Positions 1-14,155 of a DNA stretch of 64,000 nucleotides are shown here, in pieces. A model generated the notes under the pieces. It searched no databases. It was not told where the DNA came from and saw only the letters and a list, made by a program, of their open reading frames with translations. Each line of letters opens with the position of its first letter. Position 1 is the stretch's first letter. A program made the translations under genes and the position numbers. This DNA comes from Patellaria atrata CBS 101060 (lineage: Eukaryota), in contig MU006095.1 in NCBI GenBank assembly GCA_010093705.1, forward strand, positions 1,054,001-1,118,000, read 5' to 3'.

Positions 1-718
1 AGAGACTTTTCGATATTCGTCCCATTTCTACCTTCTTCTACAGTAGAGGACTCTATATCAGATATATCTCGCATCTGTTCACCTCGGGGTCTATTACTAT
101 GGCTTCGTGGTGTTGGTGTAGAGTTGTTGGAATGTCTCGGCTGATCCAAAGACGTTCTTTGACTCGATATCTCCTTAATTGTGTTCAAAACAGGTCTACT
201 GGGGGTCTGCAGATGTGATCGAGACCGAGATCGAGACCGTGTTCTCGAAAGAGATATCGAAAGTGAAGGACCGGGCGCTCTCTTACGTGTTTCTTCGAGG
301 ATGTGCTCGAATTTGGACTCAAATGCTTTCTTTCTGACGTGAACGACGAATGCAGAAACGAATATGGCAGACCCAAGCATTATAAGTACAAAAAGGACTA
401 TCTGCTGGAATGTATTGAGGGTGGATAGATTTATTGTGTTCAAGCCCCTGGATGCTCTCAGCAAATGACATTTTGAAGAGACTATTCTTCTTACGCTAAT
501 GTCATAGCACTCGTGGTCAAGAATAATGCATCAGTAAAGCTAACACTTCTAAATGGAGTTGAAGCTCTCCAAAATATAACCGCTGATGCGAGACAAGTAC
601 CGAGGAAATACGCATAATGGATTGTTATGAAGTTCAGGGGTGGTAAGGGACGACGAACAAAACGGAAAAGACGTCGTAGAGGGATTTTCAAGAACATATT
701 TTTGAAATGAATACCCAT
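1..718 (-). CDS. Trk-family potassium transporter, 5' part; runs off the left edge; intron ~494-448
   Basis: Translation LNFITIHYAYFLGTCL...SFTDALFLTTSAMTLA|GLNTINLSTLNTFQQIVLFVLIMLGSAIFVSAFVVHVRKKAFE is the first M1-P-M2 unit of fungal Trk/HKT transporters. After splicing (gtaag...cag) the frame stays open to base 1. Confidence 0.9.
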
Positions 719-1753
719 TGTAGTGCACCCTCAGTGGGTGAGGTAGTGATACAAGTGTAGTCAATCTAAGGTACGATGCTGAGAAAGGTGGATACTCTTC
801 GCAAAGGACTAAGGTATTGACTCTCTCCCGCAGCAGGAACGACACAAATAATGCGATATTGTGGTCATCTAATATTCAGGCGTCAGATGATTGAAAATAA
901 CTCTTCTCCAGACGTTAAATAGTAGACTCGGTATTTAGATGGCTGGTGGATAATTTGCTGTTTTGGAACCGGTCGAAGACTACGTACCTTACTGCAGTTC
1001 TAGGGTGAGATTTAGCCTCATCCCCATGATGACTTATAGTAGTTCTACAGTATAACAATTGTCATTTATCTCTCTGAATGTCCTTATTCACTATACCTAT
1101 CTCATTGCTGTATCTATGTTTGATCGCCCTCTTTTTCTAGTATTATCGAGAATTTTATGTGTCTGAAACTGACGAAAGCAGCTGAAACCCAGTTCAATAG
1201 AATAAATACCTCAACTAGTTTCTCACCCGGAAGGCATGGTTTTATCACTTTGTCAAACAATTATCGACTAAGCACTCAAAGAAGAGAAATCATTTGGACA
1301 ACGGAACTAACGGCCCGATGGCATGTAAAGGTATCATTATTAACTGAAGTGAACACTGATAATTTGATTTCTACTGAGCCACGGGTCTAGAATCTTACGA
1401 TGTGGATGGTTTGAAAAAGGGGGGTTTCTCTGAGGCTGTGCAGAATGGAAGCTGGATTAAGGTTGGTAGCACGGGTGGCTAGTGATTGACGTAGCCGCCG
1501 AAAAGGGCAAGGGGGAGATCGCAACGAGGAGACCTGGTGGGGGGTGAACAGAAGAAACCAAGCTTGTCATTGATACGATATTTCTAAGTCTCATCTCCAA
1601 CCTGTTTCAGCTGCCGCTCTCTACAAAACCCTTCTTCTCTCTACCTAACTTTTCTCTACGAACAAACTATCCCATCTGTAATACACAATATCATTCTTCC
1701 TGATCCGTCAACGACACCGACCATAGTCCTTCTCCTCATACACTATAAACACA

Positions 1754-3405
1754 ATGGCAGGACACAACGATCCTCGTCTTCTCTATTCCATATCAGGGAT
1801 CAAGGCCTATCATATTCAGAATGGTGAGGAGCACGACTTGACACCGTCGGGACCACAGACGCTCTCCCTTCTTATGGTTCCAACTAACAGTCCTTTCGCT
1901 GATCTAAGGTATGATTTCATATCTTAAAATAGATTAGACAATAATAACTTATGGTCTAGCAATACTCTTGGTCAGAATGAAGCACCAGAAGAAGACTTTT
2001 ATCTCCATCTCCATCTCCCACCTGAGTTAGACCTACCAATGCCAGCCACAACTCAAATATATCACCAACCTCCACGAAGTTACCTTGTCCCTCGATGGGA
2101 CCTTGGGCCTGAAAATGCGGCATTCACTCGTATTGAGTTTCCAACGATAGGAAAAGGAGCGAATCAAGTCACACAAGAGGATGTAGATACATTCGAGACT
2201 ATCTTGGCTCAATGCACGGCTTTCCTGGAACGCGCAAGCCCTCCAAATGTGGAGAAGGGCTTATCGAGTACTACTAAGCCTTACAATCCGGCAGATTATG
2301 CTCCGGGAGAAGGCTACGCATCGAAAAATGAGAAGGGACATCCAGGCCAGATCGTTTTGGTAGATGAAGATAATGGAAGCGTGGTTGGAGAGCTTGCTGA
2401 AGGTGCACAAGTTGTAGAGGATCCAAAGTTGAAATATGGATCTAAAGGTACTCTTTACTGATATACCGTGCGCCATCATACCGTTACTGACGAAACATAG
2501 ACCCCGTTGAAGTCACAATATCCGCAGACGGAAACCGTGTCGATATCAAGCCTGTATCTGAGGATTATTTGCGCATGGCTAGACACCCAGCATACAAAAA
2601 TTCCTCAATGGTCCAAAATGCAGCAGCAGCTTCGAGGCTTATTGTCACGGGATCGTCGATGCTTAGCAATATTCTTACACAGGGAGCTGAAAATTTCACT
2701 CGAAAGACACAACCAACGCAGAAACCCCTAACGTTTGCGCCGGTCACGCATCAACGAGTCCGGAAGATGACAACATTTACCACGGGCGCTGCAGGCCTGT
2801 CTGCAAAGACAGTAGGCCAGGCCACGAAATTCGCTCAAAATCTGGGTGCTTCGCTCGCAGGACGGAAGGCGAAGAATCCTAAAGGATATGATAAAGATGG
2901 AAATCCGATTACAGACTATAAACCCGGTTTGCTCAACAAGTCCATGATCGCATTCTCGACCATTGCAGATGGTATTGAATATTCTGGGAAGAATCTCTTG
3001 ACGTCTAGCGGAGCTGCTGCGACCACGGTGGTTGGTCATCGATATGGTGAGGATGCGCGGTCTCTTGCCGCAGATCTTGCTGGTGGTATGAAGAATGTTG
3101 GTCTGGTCTATATCGATGTGACAGGTGTTTCGAGACGAGCAGTAATCAAATCAGTTGCAAAGGGCATGGTCGTTGGAAGAGTAAAGGGGGGTGGAGAGAT
3201 CGTAGTTGGAGGTGGTGATGGAGGTGTTGTCACCGCCCAAGATCTCCAGACTGCTGGTGGTGTCTCCAATAATAATCTTGGTCAAGGTCAGATCGCCGGT
3301 CCATCTGATCCCAGTGTGGTGGGTTTTGGCATGCAGTCAAATCCACAGGGATATCAACCTGGCATTGGTGATCCTCTTCACGGACAGCCAGCTCCTAAGA
3401 AGTGA
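1754..3405 (+). CDS. Spartin/senescence-domain protein (SPG20-like); exons ~1754-1908, 1960-2447, 2501-3405
   Basis: MAGHNDPRLLYSISGIKAYHIQNGEE...; the C-terminal amphipathic region (KSMIAFSTIADGIEYSGKNLLTSSGAAATTVVGHRYGEDA...KNVGLVYIDVTGVSRRAVIK) matches the senescence domain. Canonical GT-AG introns join the ORFs. Confidence 0.8.
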
Positions 3406-3881
3406 TGAGATAATTGATCTGGTGGTCTCACTGAGCAGTCGGATTCCGAGAAATGGTAGAGGGGTTTGGGCTGGTGGGTTTGTGAATGATGAATTGATCA
3501 CGGGTCATGAACATGCGGTTGAGAATTTCCTGTTTGGTCGACTGGAGGTTTGCTAGTAATTTCTTCAGTTAAATTCGCACCTACCTTCTTTGTGTTGCTA
3601 CAACTTCTTATTTCGAAAATACATTTTTCGATTATTCTGAACCTTGGTTCGGCTGCCATTGGCAAAAGACTCAAATCCATTCGATCCAAGCTCTTTTCCT
3701 TCCTGACATTTCTTACGTCTCCACTGAAACCTAAGCCTAAACTCTCTCGCACCCACCAGCTTTTTTCTTATTTTATTCGTGCTGCGAATAAAATCTTCTC
3801 ACAACGACACCTCTGTTGCACGGGAACCTAGCAACTCATCTCCAGCAAACTTAGCACATACTCGAATCGACTCAAAGCAAG

Positions 3882-4622
3882 ATGTCTGGACCGATACGCC
3901 CTCAGTTGAAGCACATCACGACCACCTTCACACGCGTGCTTCACGCGCCAAAAACCTCGATGTCACATGTAGAGCTCAATGCTATCGCCGCACTTCATCG
4001 TCATTCCATCTCGACTCCGGTATGTCGCCCGTCTCTCGTAGCCCGAGGATCGAAGTCGGAATCCGATATCAACAAGCACGTGATAGGAGCTCGCTTCTCT
4101 TCAACTATTTTCGACACCACCGAAGGTACGGGTATCCATAACTTCTTATGGGCTCGTTTTCATAGTGTAGCGTGCGTTAACGGCGAACTCCAAATCTATG
4201 GCCGCCCACCTCTCACCATGGAGCCAGTTGTTGCCGCTACTCTAGACCAAGCTGAAGGTGCCGAGGACGAGAAGGCTATGAACCAGGGTCTATTGGACAA
4301 GTACAGACGAGAATTGCTCCTCTACAGGACCTACCAGGTCGCTACGTGGGGATGATCGCTAAGAGAAGCCCACGGAGTCATGTCGGGTTGGACAAGGCTG
4401 TCGAGAGGGATCAAAAAGTATGGGATTAGCACGGAGTTCCGGAGCTTCAAGAAGGAAGCTATTATTCCAGATCATGATGATATGGGGGTCTGCTATGGTC
4501 CCTTTGCTTTTATTTCACAACACCGTCGCTATGGTATGCAACTGCGAGTTATGGAGGCGGCATTGACTAGGCAAATAGGTCTTATGTGGTGTAGGATAAT
4601 ATCAATGGACCCTGCATCTTGA
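3882..4622 (+). CDS. Hypothetical or orphan gene, possibly a pseudogene; a 157-aa ORF followed in frame, past one TGA, by about 88 more codons
   Basis: ATG-initiated ORF 3882-4355; ORF 4380-4622 is in the same frame; an intron-like gtatgc...ttgac...aaatag lies at ~4534-4578. No recognisable family. Confidence 0.3.
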
Positions 4623-5872
4623 TCTATCTGTTTCCTAAATCATCTCATGGTGCGCGTGAAACGGGCTGATATACTTGACGTGAGCTGAGAATATAAACAT
4701 AAAGTAATTCCAACGTGCTGTACGGTACTACCTAATCTTTTAGCAAGAAGATAAGGTAGGATCAACAGTAGAAATAACTTACAGATATAAAAGGAATAAT
4801 AAACACAAACCCTGAAAAGATTTTAAGGAAGTAGCAGTTATATCAGGTCCGGGCGTACCATCTTTCCTCTTCATCACGTCAGGTTTCCCTCAAGCTCTTG
4901 TCTGTTCGACACTATGAACATTAGAACCCATTTAGCTCTCAATTCCGGCTCACGCTCATACTTGTTTTCTGTTCATTTGGCCATACGTCTTACAGTGAGT
5001 AGTTCTGCAGCGCATTTTCAAGTACAGCGTAATCAAATGACGATTTTGCTTTCTCTGCACCCAAAGACCAAGATTTTGACAAGCAACACTAGGTAGAAAT
5101 ATTCTCTGACCGCCATGAGCTCTTCATGAAAGAACCAAAGTGCCAAAATTATATCCATCTCATCTTGGCAACCGCGGGAAAATCAGCGAGATCAGTAATC
5201 CTAAAACTCCATGGTTTTATGTTACCAACCGAGGCTAGATAGACCACCAATGAGACTTAGGTTGTCAAGTGAAGAGCTTAATTTTGCGTCTTTCATAAGG
5301 CGTGCATGAGATGGAAGCTCAACCAAAATGGCGGACTTTAGATGAAAGTACCTTGGAGGTATGCTCCGTGAAAGCAACAGTTGCGAGCAAGCCTCAAAAA
5401 GCGAATCGTAAGCACCGCCAAGGGCTAGTGGCTTATTCAACAAATATCCATTCCCGCTGACCTCTCCTCGTCCATTGAAAGTTGTCATCTATTCCAGACT
5501 ATCATTTCTTCAGGTTTATCTATGCTGTGAGACTTTTGACCGGATTCAGTTAGTTCTGGAGTTTACCTTACGCTTAAGGTACGCGTGCATGTTGATTAGC
5601 AAGCTGGTATCCTGAACCACCCCTTCTACAAGTTCTCTATAAGCAGATCATCCTCTCCCCAGATGGTCCGCTAAGAAATCAGATGGATTCATAATAGCAA
5701 GTTTTCATCTGTCTACATTGAAGATATATGTGTTCTGATTCCGAGCCTCTTTTGATTGTGATTAAGACATAAGAGCCTGGGTATCGGTTGTAGGAGTTCT
5801 GATTACATATCAGGTACTTGGAACAGTAATCACGTCTGCTTCCCTAGTTCTTCACTACGGATCTCGATCCGA

Positions 5873-7919
5873 ATGAGTACCATGCCGAGTCCGGATACGG
5901 ATGAAAACGTGCCGAGAAAGAGGGCTAGGACTGCGACAAAGAGTGGAAAGGACAGTGGCAGCGACGATGCGAATAGCGGAAGCAAGAAGCAAAGAGGTCG
6001 ACCAAGAGTGGATACTCGGGATGAAACGGCTGCAGATGTAAGTTGTAATCTTTCCGTTAGACGAATCTCTTCTACATTAGGTTGTGATTTGGTCTGCTGT
6101 TCAGTTTCACAATACTGAGACGTCTACTTATAGCGTCGACGGACGCAGATTCGGCTCGCTCAACGAGCATATCGGCTCCGCAAGGAAACCACCATTTCGT
6201 CCTTGAAGAAGCGGGTGGCTGGTTTGCAAGACACGATCGATCAGATGCACAATGCCTTCTTACAGTTCAACGATAAAGTAATTGACTCTGGAGAAATTAA
6301 GGCGAATACTATTCTGGCTCATAGTCTCAAAGAAACGACACAGATTTTCATCTCATTAGCCAGAGCGAATGCTGCTGCTAACGAAGAGTTTGAATGTGAA
6401 GATTTACAAGAAGAGGAAGAACCGAAAGGACAGAGAAACAGAAAAGGGGCCCCAATTGCTTCAACGAAAGAAACCCATGAAACTACCCCTTTGCAAAGAC
6501 CAGAGCCAGTAACGGTATGGGGATATACTCAGACATTCTCAGAACCAACATCACCATCTCCCTCTGTGGAGCGGCTCGAAGAAACCACTTCTGTGTCAAA
6601 GACCATAAATCACGTCGAAGACTCTGAACGTCAATATCCTCAATTCTTCACTCAAAAAAGCCTTATCGAAGCACTGGATGACGCCAGTGCAAATCCCCGT
6701 AATTCTATGGCCAACATGAATACATTCAACGTTCAAATATCAAATGACCCACCTTACGATCCGATTAAGACAATGAGCCCGACTAAGTCTAAATATATAG
6801 CACCGTTTTCAATCCCGTACCCACTGACTAGATCCCCTAGCGTACCTTATACGTATTCTTTCCATGAGATGACTTTTGCTCGTCGCCTTCAAAGGGCCGC
6901 TCTTGAGTCTGGATTCTATCTAGTCGCACAATCTAACATCAGACCTGAACGCTTCCGCCATGTTTTCAAACTCTCTTTACTTCACACTACTCCTGAACAA
7001 CTTCTCCAAAGATTTCGATATCTACTCACTCAGACCACGGCAGAAAGCCTAGAATTCTACGGAGCGCCTTTCTTTCACCTTGGTGGTGCAGGTACTCACT
7101 ATCCTCAAAGGGACGCTAGCGGCAATATACTACCTAGACCGAACAGCTATAATGTTCGTGCCGTAGGGCCATGGCCGATATCTCTGGCCCGTCTTGAGAG
7201 AACAGACCGTATGGAAAAGGATCCCGATATTGTCGTTGATATTGCGGGTCTCGAGGGTGAATGGTTCGACGCTCACGATGTTGAGGGCTATCTCCGTGAA
7301 GAGAAGGGCATAATCATCAACCCACAATCCAGTTTCGCCCAGGCCGAAATACAATATAGTGAGCCTTGGGTGCCAGAATCTCTTGTGATTGACGAGGGCA
7401 GGAGACGTTCCTCGTATAGTGAAATCGATTTTTCGACGACTAGCTCTGCTAGTCAAAGTGTACCGGGAACGCCGGGCTTCGGGGTCGGCCAGCAACAGCC
7501 GCAGGGGATAGATTCGCGGATGGGACCGAGCGGAGCACTGGAGGTCCAGCCGTGGGATGCGTTCGCCCAGCCATTTGATATCAGTAAGATCATGGAGATG
7601 GATTCGGCTGCTCCATTCGAAACTTTTCCACCTGAGACGCAAGCCGGTTATGCCAGTGGAACGAGTCCGATGCCCTTCTTCGGGCAGAACGAGGGTGGTA
7701 TAAATATGCAGGGGCTGGTACCAGTTCAGAAAAAGACCGTGACCATTGACGTTGGGAAGATGATTAATGGTATGTGTATGCACTATAAGTTGATATTGGA
7801 CAATTGCTAATATTCAACCAGAACTTATCAAGCGAGGCGTTTGTCTTGGTCGTGCTCCTGGTTTTAGGAGAAAGGATGTTGATAAGGCGTTTCGTGCCGC
7901 CATTATACCCGCTTTCTAA
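5873..7919 (+). CDS. Fungal bZIP transcription factor; exons ~5873-6037, 6134-7769, 7822-7919
   Basis: Spliced basic region KKQRGRPRVDTRDETAAD|RRRTQIRLAQRAYRLRKETTISSLKKRVAGLQDTIDQM; conserved C-terminal blocks YTYSFHEMTFARRLQRAALE, GEWFDAHDVEGYL and VCLGRAPGFRRKDVD. Confidence 0.9.
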
Positions 7920-8222
7920 TTTTCTTAGAGTCAAAAATCTCTCTTCTCTTACAAAAGCTCTTTTCTCCCCTCAATCGGACTTCAAAGCTTCGTATGCCTT
8001 CTTGGTAGGAGTCTGTATCAAGGTGTTGATTCACAATAATACCCCAATCTAAAGCACGTATTGAGAATTACGGAGCAGGTTCAAGCTTGTGTGCTATTCT
8101 TAAGGTAAATATTTCATCGGTTATTCTATCAGTACCGCTACCAAATTGTGCGTTTTCTTCCATCCCGAAGACCGAAGCGCAACCCTTATTACTCCTTTCC
8201 ACAATATTCTGCCTCAGATCTA

Positions 8223-9577
<1,355 letters not shown>

Positions 9578-10849
9578 GATTTCAAGTTGCAGGTATCAGG
9601 ATAGTATGTCGACGTGAAGAAAAGAAGTCGATATGGACAAAGGTAGCGGAGGGTGCAGAGACGAAAGTAAATCAAACAGCAACCATATGGACCAATCTAT
9701 GTACAGTACTGAATTATGAACCCGGCGTTTGAGTATCGACGTTGGCGAATGTGAATTTCACTCAACACGTGAACACGGCGAAAGATAAGATGTATTCTGA
9801 CGTTCACGGCTCGGCCGAAAATGGTGAGGATGAAGAATGCTTGGGCGACGTCAAGGAATGTGAACGTGGGAATTCTGAAAACGAATGTGATACGCCACGA
9901 AAGCAATCGCAGTGGAACGAATGAAGGCCTCGGAGGATGAGATCCAAGGAGAACTGCGAGCATTCAGGTTTTTCTCCCTTTTCTTTTCTTTGCTTTTGAG
10001 GTTGTTGAACACCCTTGTGGTGATCAAACTGTGAATCTGCTCGTCACACCGCGTTTGCCGGCCTGAGAGATGAACTGCCGAGGTGTTTGTAGAAGGATCA
10101 TCTCTTTCAGAAATAGACTCCTATGTGTTTACTGTATCTATTGTATCTACTGTATGAAGGATGGCTGATCGTGGTGTTGAGTCTCATCACTGTGACTGGG
10201 TCGAGTGTTGGTGTTCGGACGACTCTACAAGGAGATGTCTCACCACGCTCGTGTTCAATACGAATTGCGGAATAAAATAAGCAAAGAACAATTCATTGAT
10301 AACAAGACGTTATTTCCATAGAAGTGTTCGAAGCTGGTGTGGTGTAGTCCTAGGATTCTAATGGAAAGGGGTTGCATCTCGCTTCATCCTTACGAACTCC
10401 AAGATACCAAATTGGCAATTCAAGGATTAGGGTCAAAGTACATGTTTCTATTACTGCTAAGCTTGATATGAGGTGTAAGCATGTACCTTAGATGATAATT
10501 CTAGCTACTGATAAATCTTCTACTATCCCATCCTAGATGATATGCACTTCAAATTGAACCCTCTTGAACTAAATTTGCAGTCCCCTCGATAGTCTTTATG
10601 ACTTCGTAAGCTCCAGTGTACTCTTCCCGCTTCAACGCTACGAAATACAAGAAAGAGAGATTCGAGTGCAGAAATTAAACCTAAGTCAAGAAAAAAGGTA
10701 AAATTCTAAAGTGGTGCATCGGCGACCGGTCAGTGCGTGTAGAGGTACAATACTGCCCTGAGAATGCCTCAAATCCGATAGATTAATGATGAGGAAACCC
10801 TAGGACGGAAATCTTAAGCAGCTTCGGTCCACTAGCCACATACATTCCC

Positions 10850-12535
10850 TCAACATTCCGAATGATTGATCATATGCCGAATAGCCTCATACGCACCGAT
10901 CTCCTCCAACGTCGGCCTTGCCTCCTCGCCTTCAAACCTAATCGGATCCTGACCCTCTCTTCTCTTCATATGAAACCTATGCACCTGTTTCGCCGCGTCC
11001 AAAATCTGGAACCCAACGACATCGTACAAGCCATCGTACCTAAACCCTTTCTGCGGACGGTACTTATTCCCCTTATGCAGACCATGGCTCCTCAGCACTC
11101 TGACGGGTTCCAAGCCCTTCGCGCTCTCAACCATACGCTTCGTGTTTTCCGTACTTTCGCCGTTGCCGGTACCATCTGTACCACAGTACCAGACCTCCTC
11201 GCCCTCGTCGCGGTCCTGGTACTGAGAACCGCCTGATATAACGATAGAATATGCGCCCACCCCGCTCTTCCCCGCAATGCCACCTTGTGAGCTACCGTGC
11301 GCGCCGTCGCGTACGGCGCAGAGCTGGGTGGGCCACCATTGACCGTTAATCAGGCCGTTGTGGCCAAAGACGTCGGCGCGGACTTTGCCAGCGTAGCCCT
11401 TCGCGATGCTATCAGAGTTTCTGCCGACGGATTTCTTAGTCTCAATTCTGCCGGTGGATTTCTTGGTCTCGATTCCGCGCAGAAGATCGACGTCGACGAC
11501 TTTCAGATAGGCGAGTTGGGAGCACCATTTGTTGTACAGCATCTCCGCATCCGCTTTGATGTCCCATGGGAACTCGCAGCCTTTGTTGAATTCCTTGTCG
11601 AAGATTTGTGGGAGCCCGTCCTCGTTGTGGAGGATGCGGGCTTTGCGTAGCTGCCAACTGCTCGCGGCTTGGAATTCAAGGTAGTGAAGTTCCTTACGTA
11701 CGCGACCGAACTTGCTCTGAAGTGTGTCTGGGTGGCGTTCGGCTTGGCATTCGCGGATGAGTTCGCGGATGGCTCTAATGCGCTCGGCTAACTGACGGTT
11801 ACCCTGAGGCGGACGGGAGAGTTCTTTTGGGGTAAACGCAGTGTACCATTGGGGTGGTTCGCGTTTTGAGGAAGAGGCGGAGCCAATAGCATTTGGCGGG
11901 GAAGGATTCTGCGGTTTGTCTGAGGATGCGCTCTGTGGTACGATTTTCGGGCGTTTGGGAATGTTTGGTAAACTGCTGAAAGTTCGACTAGTTGACGTGG
12001 GATTCGATGATGCTGAAGTTGGTGAGTGCTCATTAGAGGAAGAGTGCTTTCTTTTGTGGGTCTCGGTGATTAGTTTTGCTAGAGATGCTGTTGGAGGTCG
12101 AGAATTAGTTACTCTCTTTGGGGCCTCTGTAGTTACAGCCGGAGTTGTTGTCTCGGAATTTGTCATTGTAGACTTAGCAACAATCGGAACAGAGTTTGTC
12201 GTTGTGGATCTACCAGCAGTTGCTGCTGGCCCCTTAGTTTTCGGAGGAACAGATGTTGTCTTTGGTCGGGAAGTGGAGGTTTCTTTGGTATCTGTCACCT
12301 CACGCTTGATGTCTGGTGTAGTAGATCGTGGGCTATCACATCTTTCGCTTTGCTGGGGAGTTTGTTCGACAGTAGGCTTAGCTGATTCGACTGGGCTCGC
12401 TCTCTTTTTGCCCCATCCTTGATAACGTTGAGCGGCACGCTCACGCGCAAGCTTGATGCCATCTTGGTTGTTGATGGCAGGAAATGAGAAGATGTCATCA
12501 TCGTCCGAAACCCTATTATGCGGTGTCGTAGACAT
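10850..12535 (-). CDS. SRA/YDG (SAD_SRA) domain protein with a long S/T/P-rich disordered N-terminus; intronless; likely start MSTTPH at 12535
   Basis: C-terminal GHNGLINGQWW...RDGAHGSSQGGIAG...GAYSIVISGG.QYQDRDEGEEVWYCG...PVRVLRS...YRPQKGFRYDGLYDV is the SRA/YDG signature. Confidence 0.9.
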   Translation of the reverse strand: MSTTPHNRVSDDDDIFSFPAINNQDGIKLARERAAQRYQGWGKKRASPVESAKPTVEQTPQQSERCDSPRSTTPDIKREVTDTKETSTSRPKTTSVPPKTKGPAATAGRSTTTNSVPIVAKSTMTNSETTTPAVTTEAPKRVTNSRPPTASLAKLITETHKRKHSSSNEHSPTSASSNPTSTSRTFSSLPNIPKRPKIVPQSASSDKPQNPSPPNAIGSASSSKREPPQWYTAFTPKELSRPPQGNRQLAERIRAIRELIRECQAERHPDTLQSKFGRVRKELHYLEFQAASSWQLRKARILHNEDGLPQIFDKEFNKGCEFPWDIKADAEMLYNKWCSQLAYLKVVDVDLLRGIETKKSTGRIETKKSVGRNSDSIAKGYAGKVRADVFGHNGLINGQWWPTQLCAVRDGAHGSSQGGIAGKSGVGAYSIVISGGSQYQDRDEGEEVWYCGTDGTGNGESTENTKRMVESAKGLEPVRVLRSHGLHKGNKYRPQKGFRYDGLYDVVGFQILDAAKQVHRFHMKRREGQDPIRFEGEEARPTLEEIGAYEAIRHMINHSEC

Positions 12536-13330
12536 GATGGTGTAGGTCACCTGATGTATAGTAAGTACGTTGTTTGCTGCTGGAGTGGAAAGTGGAGAAG
12601 AGGGGCCGGTTAGATAGGAGTTGCTCGGGTAGGAAACGGACATGAGCAAACTTGTGAAGGTGAGTCAAAGTTAGGTGTAACACACACAAAGACTGATGGG
12701 TTGTGAGTGACGAGAGATATTCGATTCTAAGGCTTCCACTGAAACACGACTTTAAGCACCCGGTAACGAGGTGAATCGAACTTAAACTCAGGTCAGACGA
12801 TTTTTGAATACGGGCGTTTTCGAAAAGTTTCAAAAAAGCAATGCAGCTGTATAAGAGTTGATGTTTTAGGAAATAAGAAGGATGTTGGGGAAATATATAC
12901 GGACGAATGTGCTCAGAAGAGGTTTGAAATAGTTCTACCGCTGAAAGTTCCAAACGGAACTCGATCAGATGATGAGAGTGACGATGCTGTTCAAACGGAA
13001 CCACCTGACAGCACGCTTCTTGCTCCGTAGAAACTGAAATATGAGATAATGAAATGGTCTGATCTAGTCGTGAATAAATATGAGATATGTGTACAGTACC
13101 TACGTGGGAAAATCTAGATGACCAAAATCTATATGTGCTGAACCCAATCGTGCCAATCTAAAGAGGGAATATCATTCCAGACTCCACTCTGATCCTTTAT
13201 GTATTAATAACGATGTATCCCTCTTGAATATTCACTATTAAGTCTCGAGTCACTGTTTTTCCCGAGGGATTGGGATTTTTGGTTCGGACACGGGAAGCCG
13301 TCAACTTGACGCGGGTCGGGAAGAAATTTA

Positions 13331-13503
13331 CACGTGGTCACGTGATGTGAGCCATATGACATCACCTGCAGGATCATAAAGATCCCTTATTATTATCAAA
13401 TCATCAACCTATCATAGATTGGCACTGAAAGAGTTGTCAGACCTCTTATAGCCCATCATCCGGCTGAACACGCGTTGGTTGTAAGTTTCATTTGCACGTG
13501 ACT
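13331..13503. promoter_or_regulatory. Cluster of CACGTG E-boxes in the divergent intergenic region
   Basis: CACGTGGTCACGTGA at 13331-13345 and CACGTGAC at ~13496-13503 match bHLH (Cbf1-type GTCACGTG) sites. Function is inferred only. Confidence 0.35.
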
Positions 13504-14007
13504 TAAAATAAAGAATCCCCTCCCGCAAGTCAACCCCATGCTTCCTAAAGTTTTCCATCCATCGGGATAACTTTTGTAGACATTAGCGGACTATCGTTTC
13601 AAACACAAAGACATGCATGTATAGTATGATGCACTATACTTGCGTAGTTTAAAAGAGCTGAGGGAAATACGAGGATCATATATATTTCTCAGCTAAGATT
13701 TTTCACACCAACGCATGAAAATGGCTGATTTTCGTATGGCCTCACCTGTGTGGAATCTCAACACCAATGAAGGAACTGCGAAATTTCTCGACTCTAGAGA
13801 TATTCCTTCTACTTGCATAGGTCGACTACAGACCGCTTAGACGCCACGTCGTAAGAAAAGCCAGAGGCTTCAAAGAGACGAGATGGCGACCTTAACTCCT
13901 GCTGAAATTGCTAGGTTTACGAATGATGTTAACCTTTCCGAGGCATTGGACAAGACCTGCAGAAGCTTCCGTTGTATCAGGAGAAAGTGGATAGAATTCA
14001 TCTATCT

Positions 14008-14014
14008 ATATAAA
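14008..14014 (+). promoter_or_regulatory. Putative TATA box of the 14156 gene
   Basis: A TATAAA element about 145 nt upstream of the ATG, followed by a pyrimidine-rich tract near 14100-14120. Confidence 0.45.
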
Positions 14015-14155
14015 CTCTAACTTACAGCCGTCATTATGTTCGAGTGTACAGTACAGATCCAGCCCTAAGAATCAAGAATCTACACTTGCTCAAGTCATAT
14101 TTTCTTTCTTTCTTCCCAAAATTTTATCCAAAGTCGGTTTTTACTTAAATACAAG

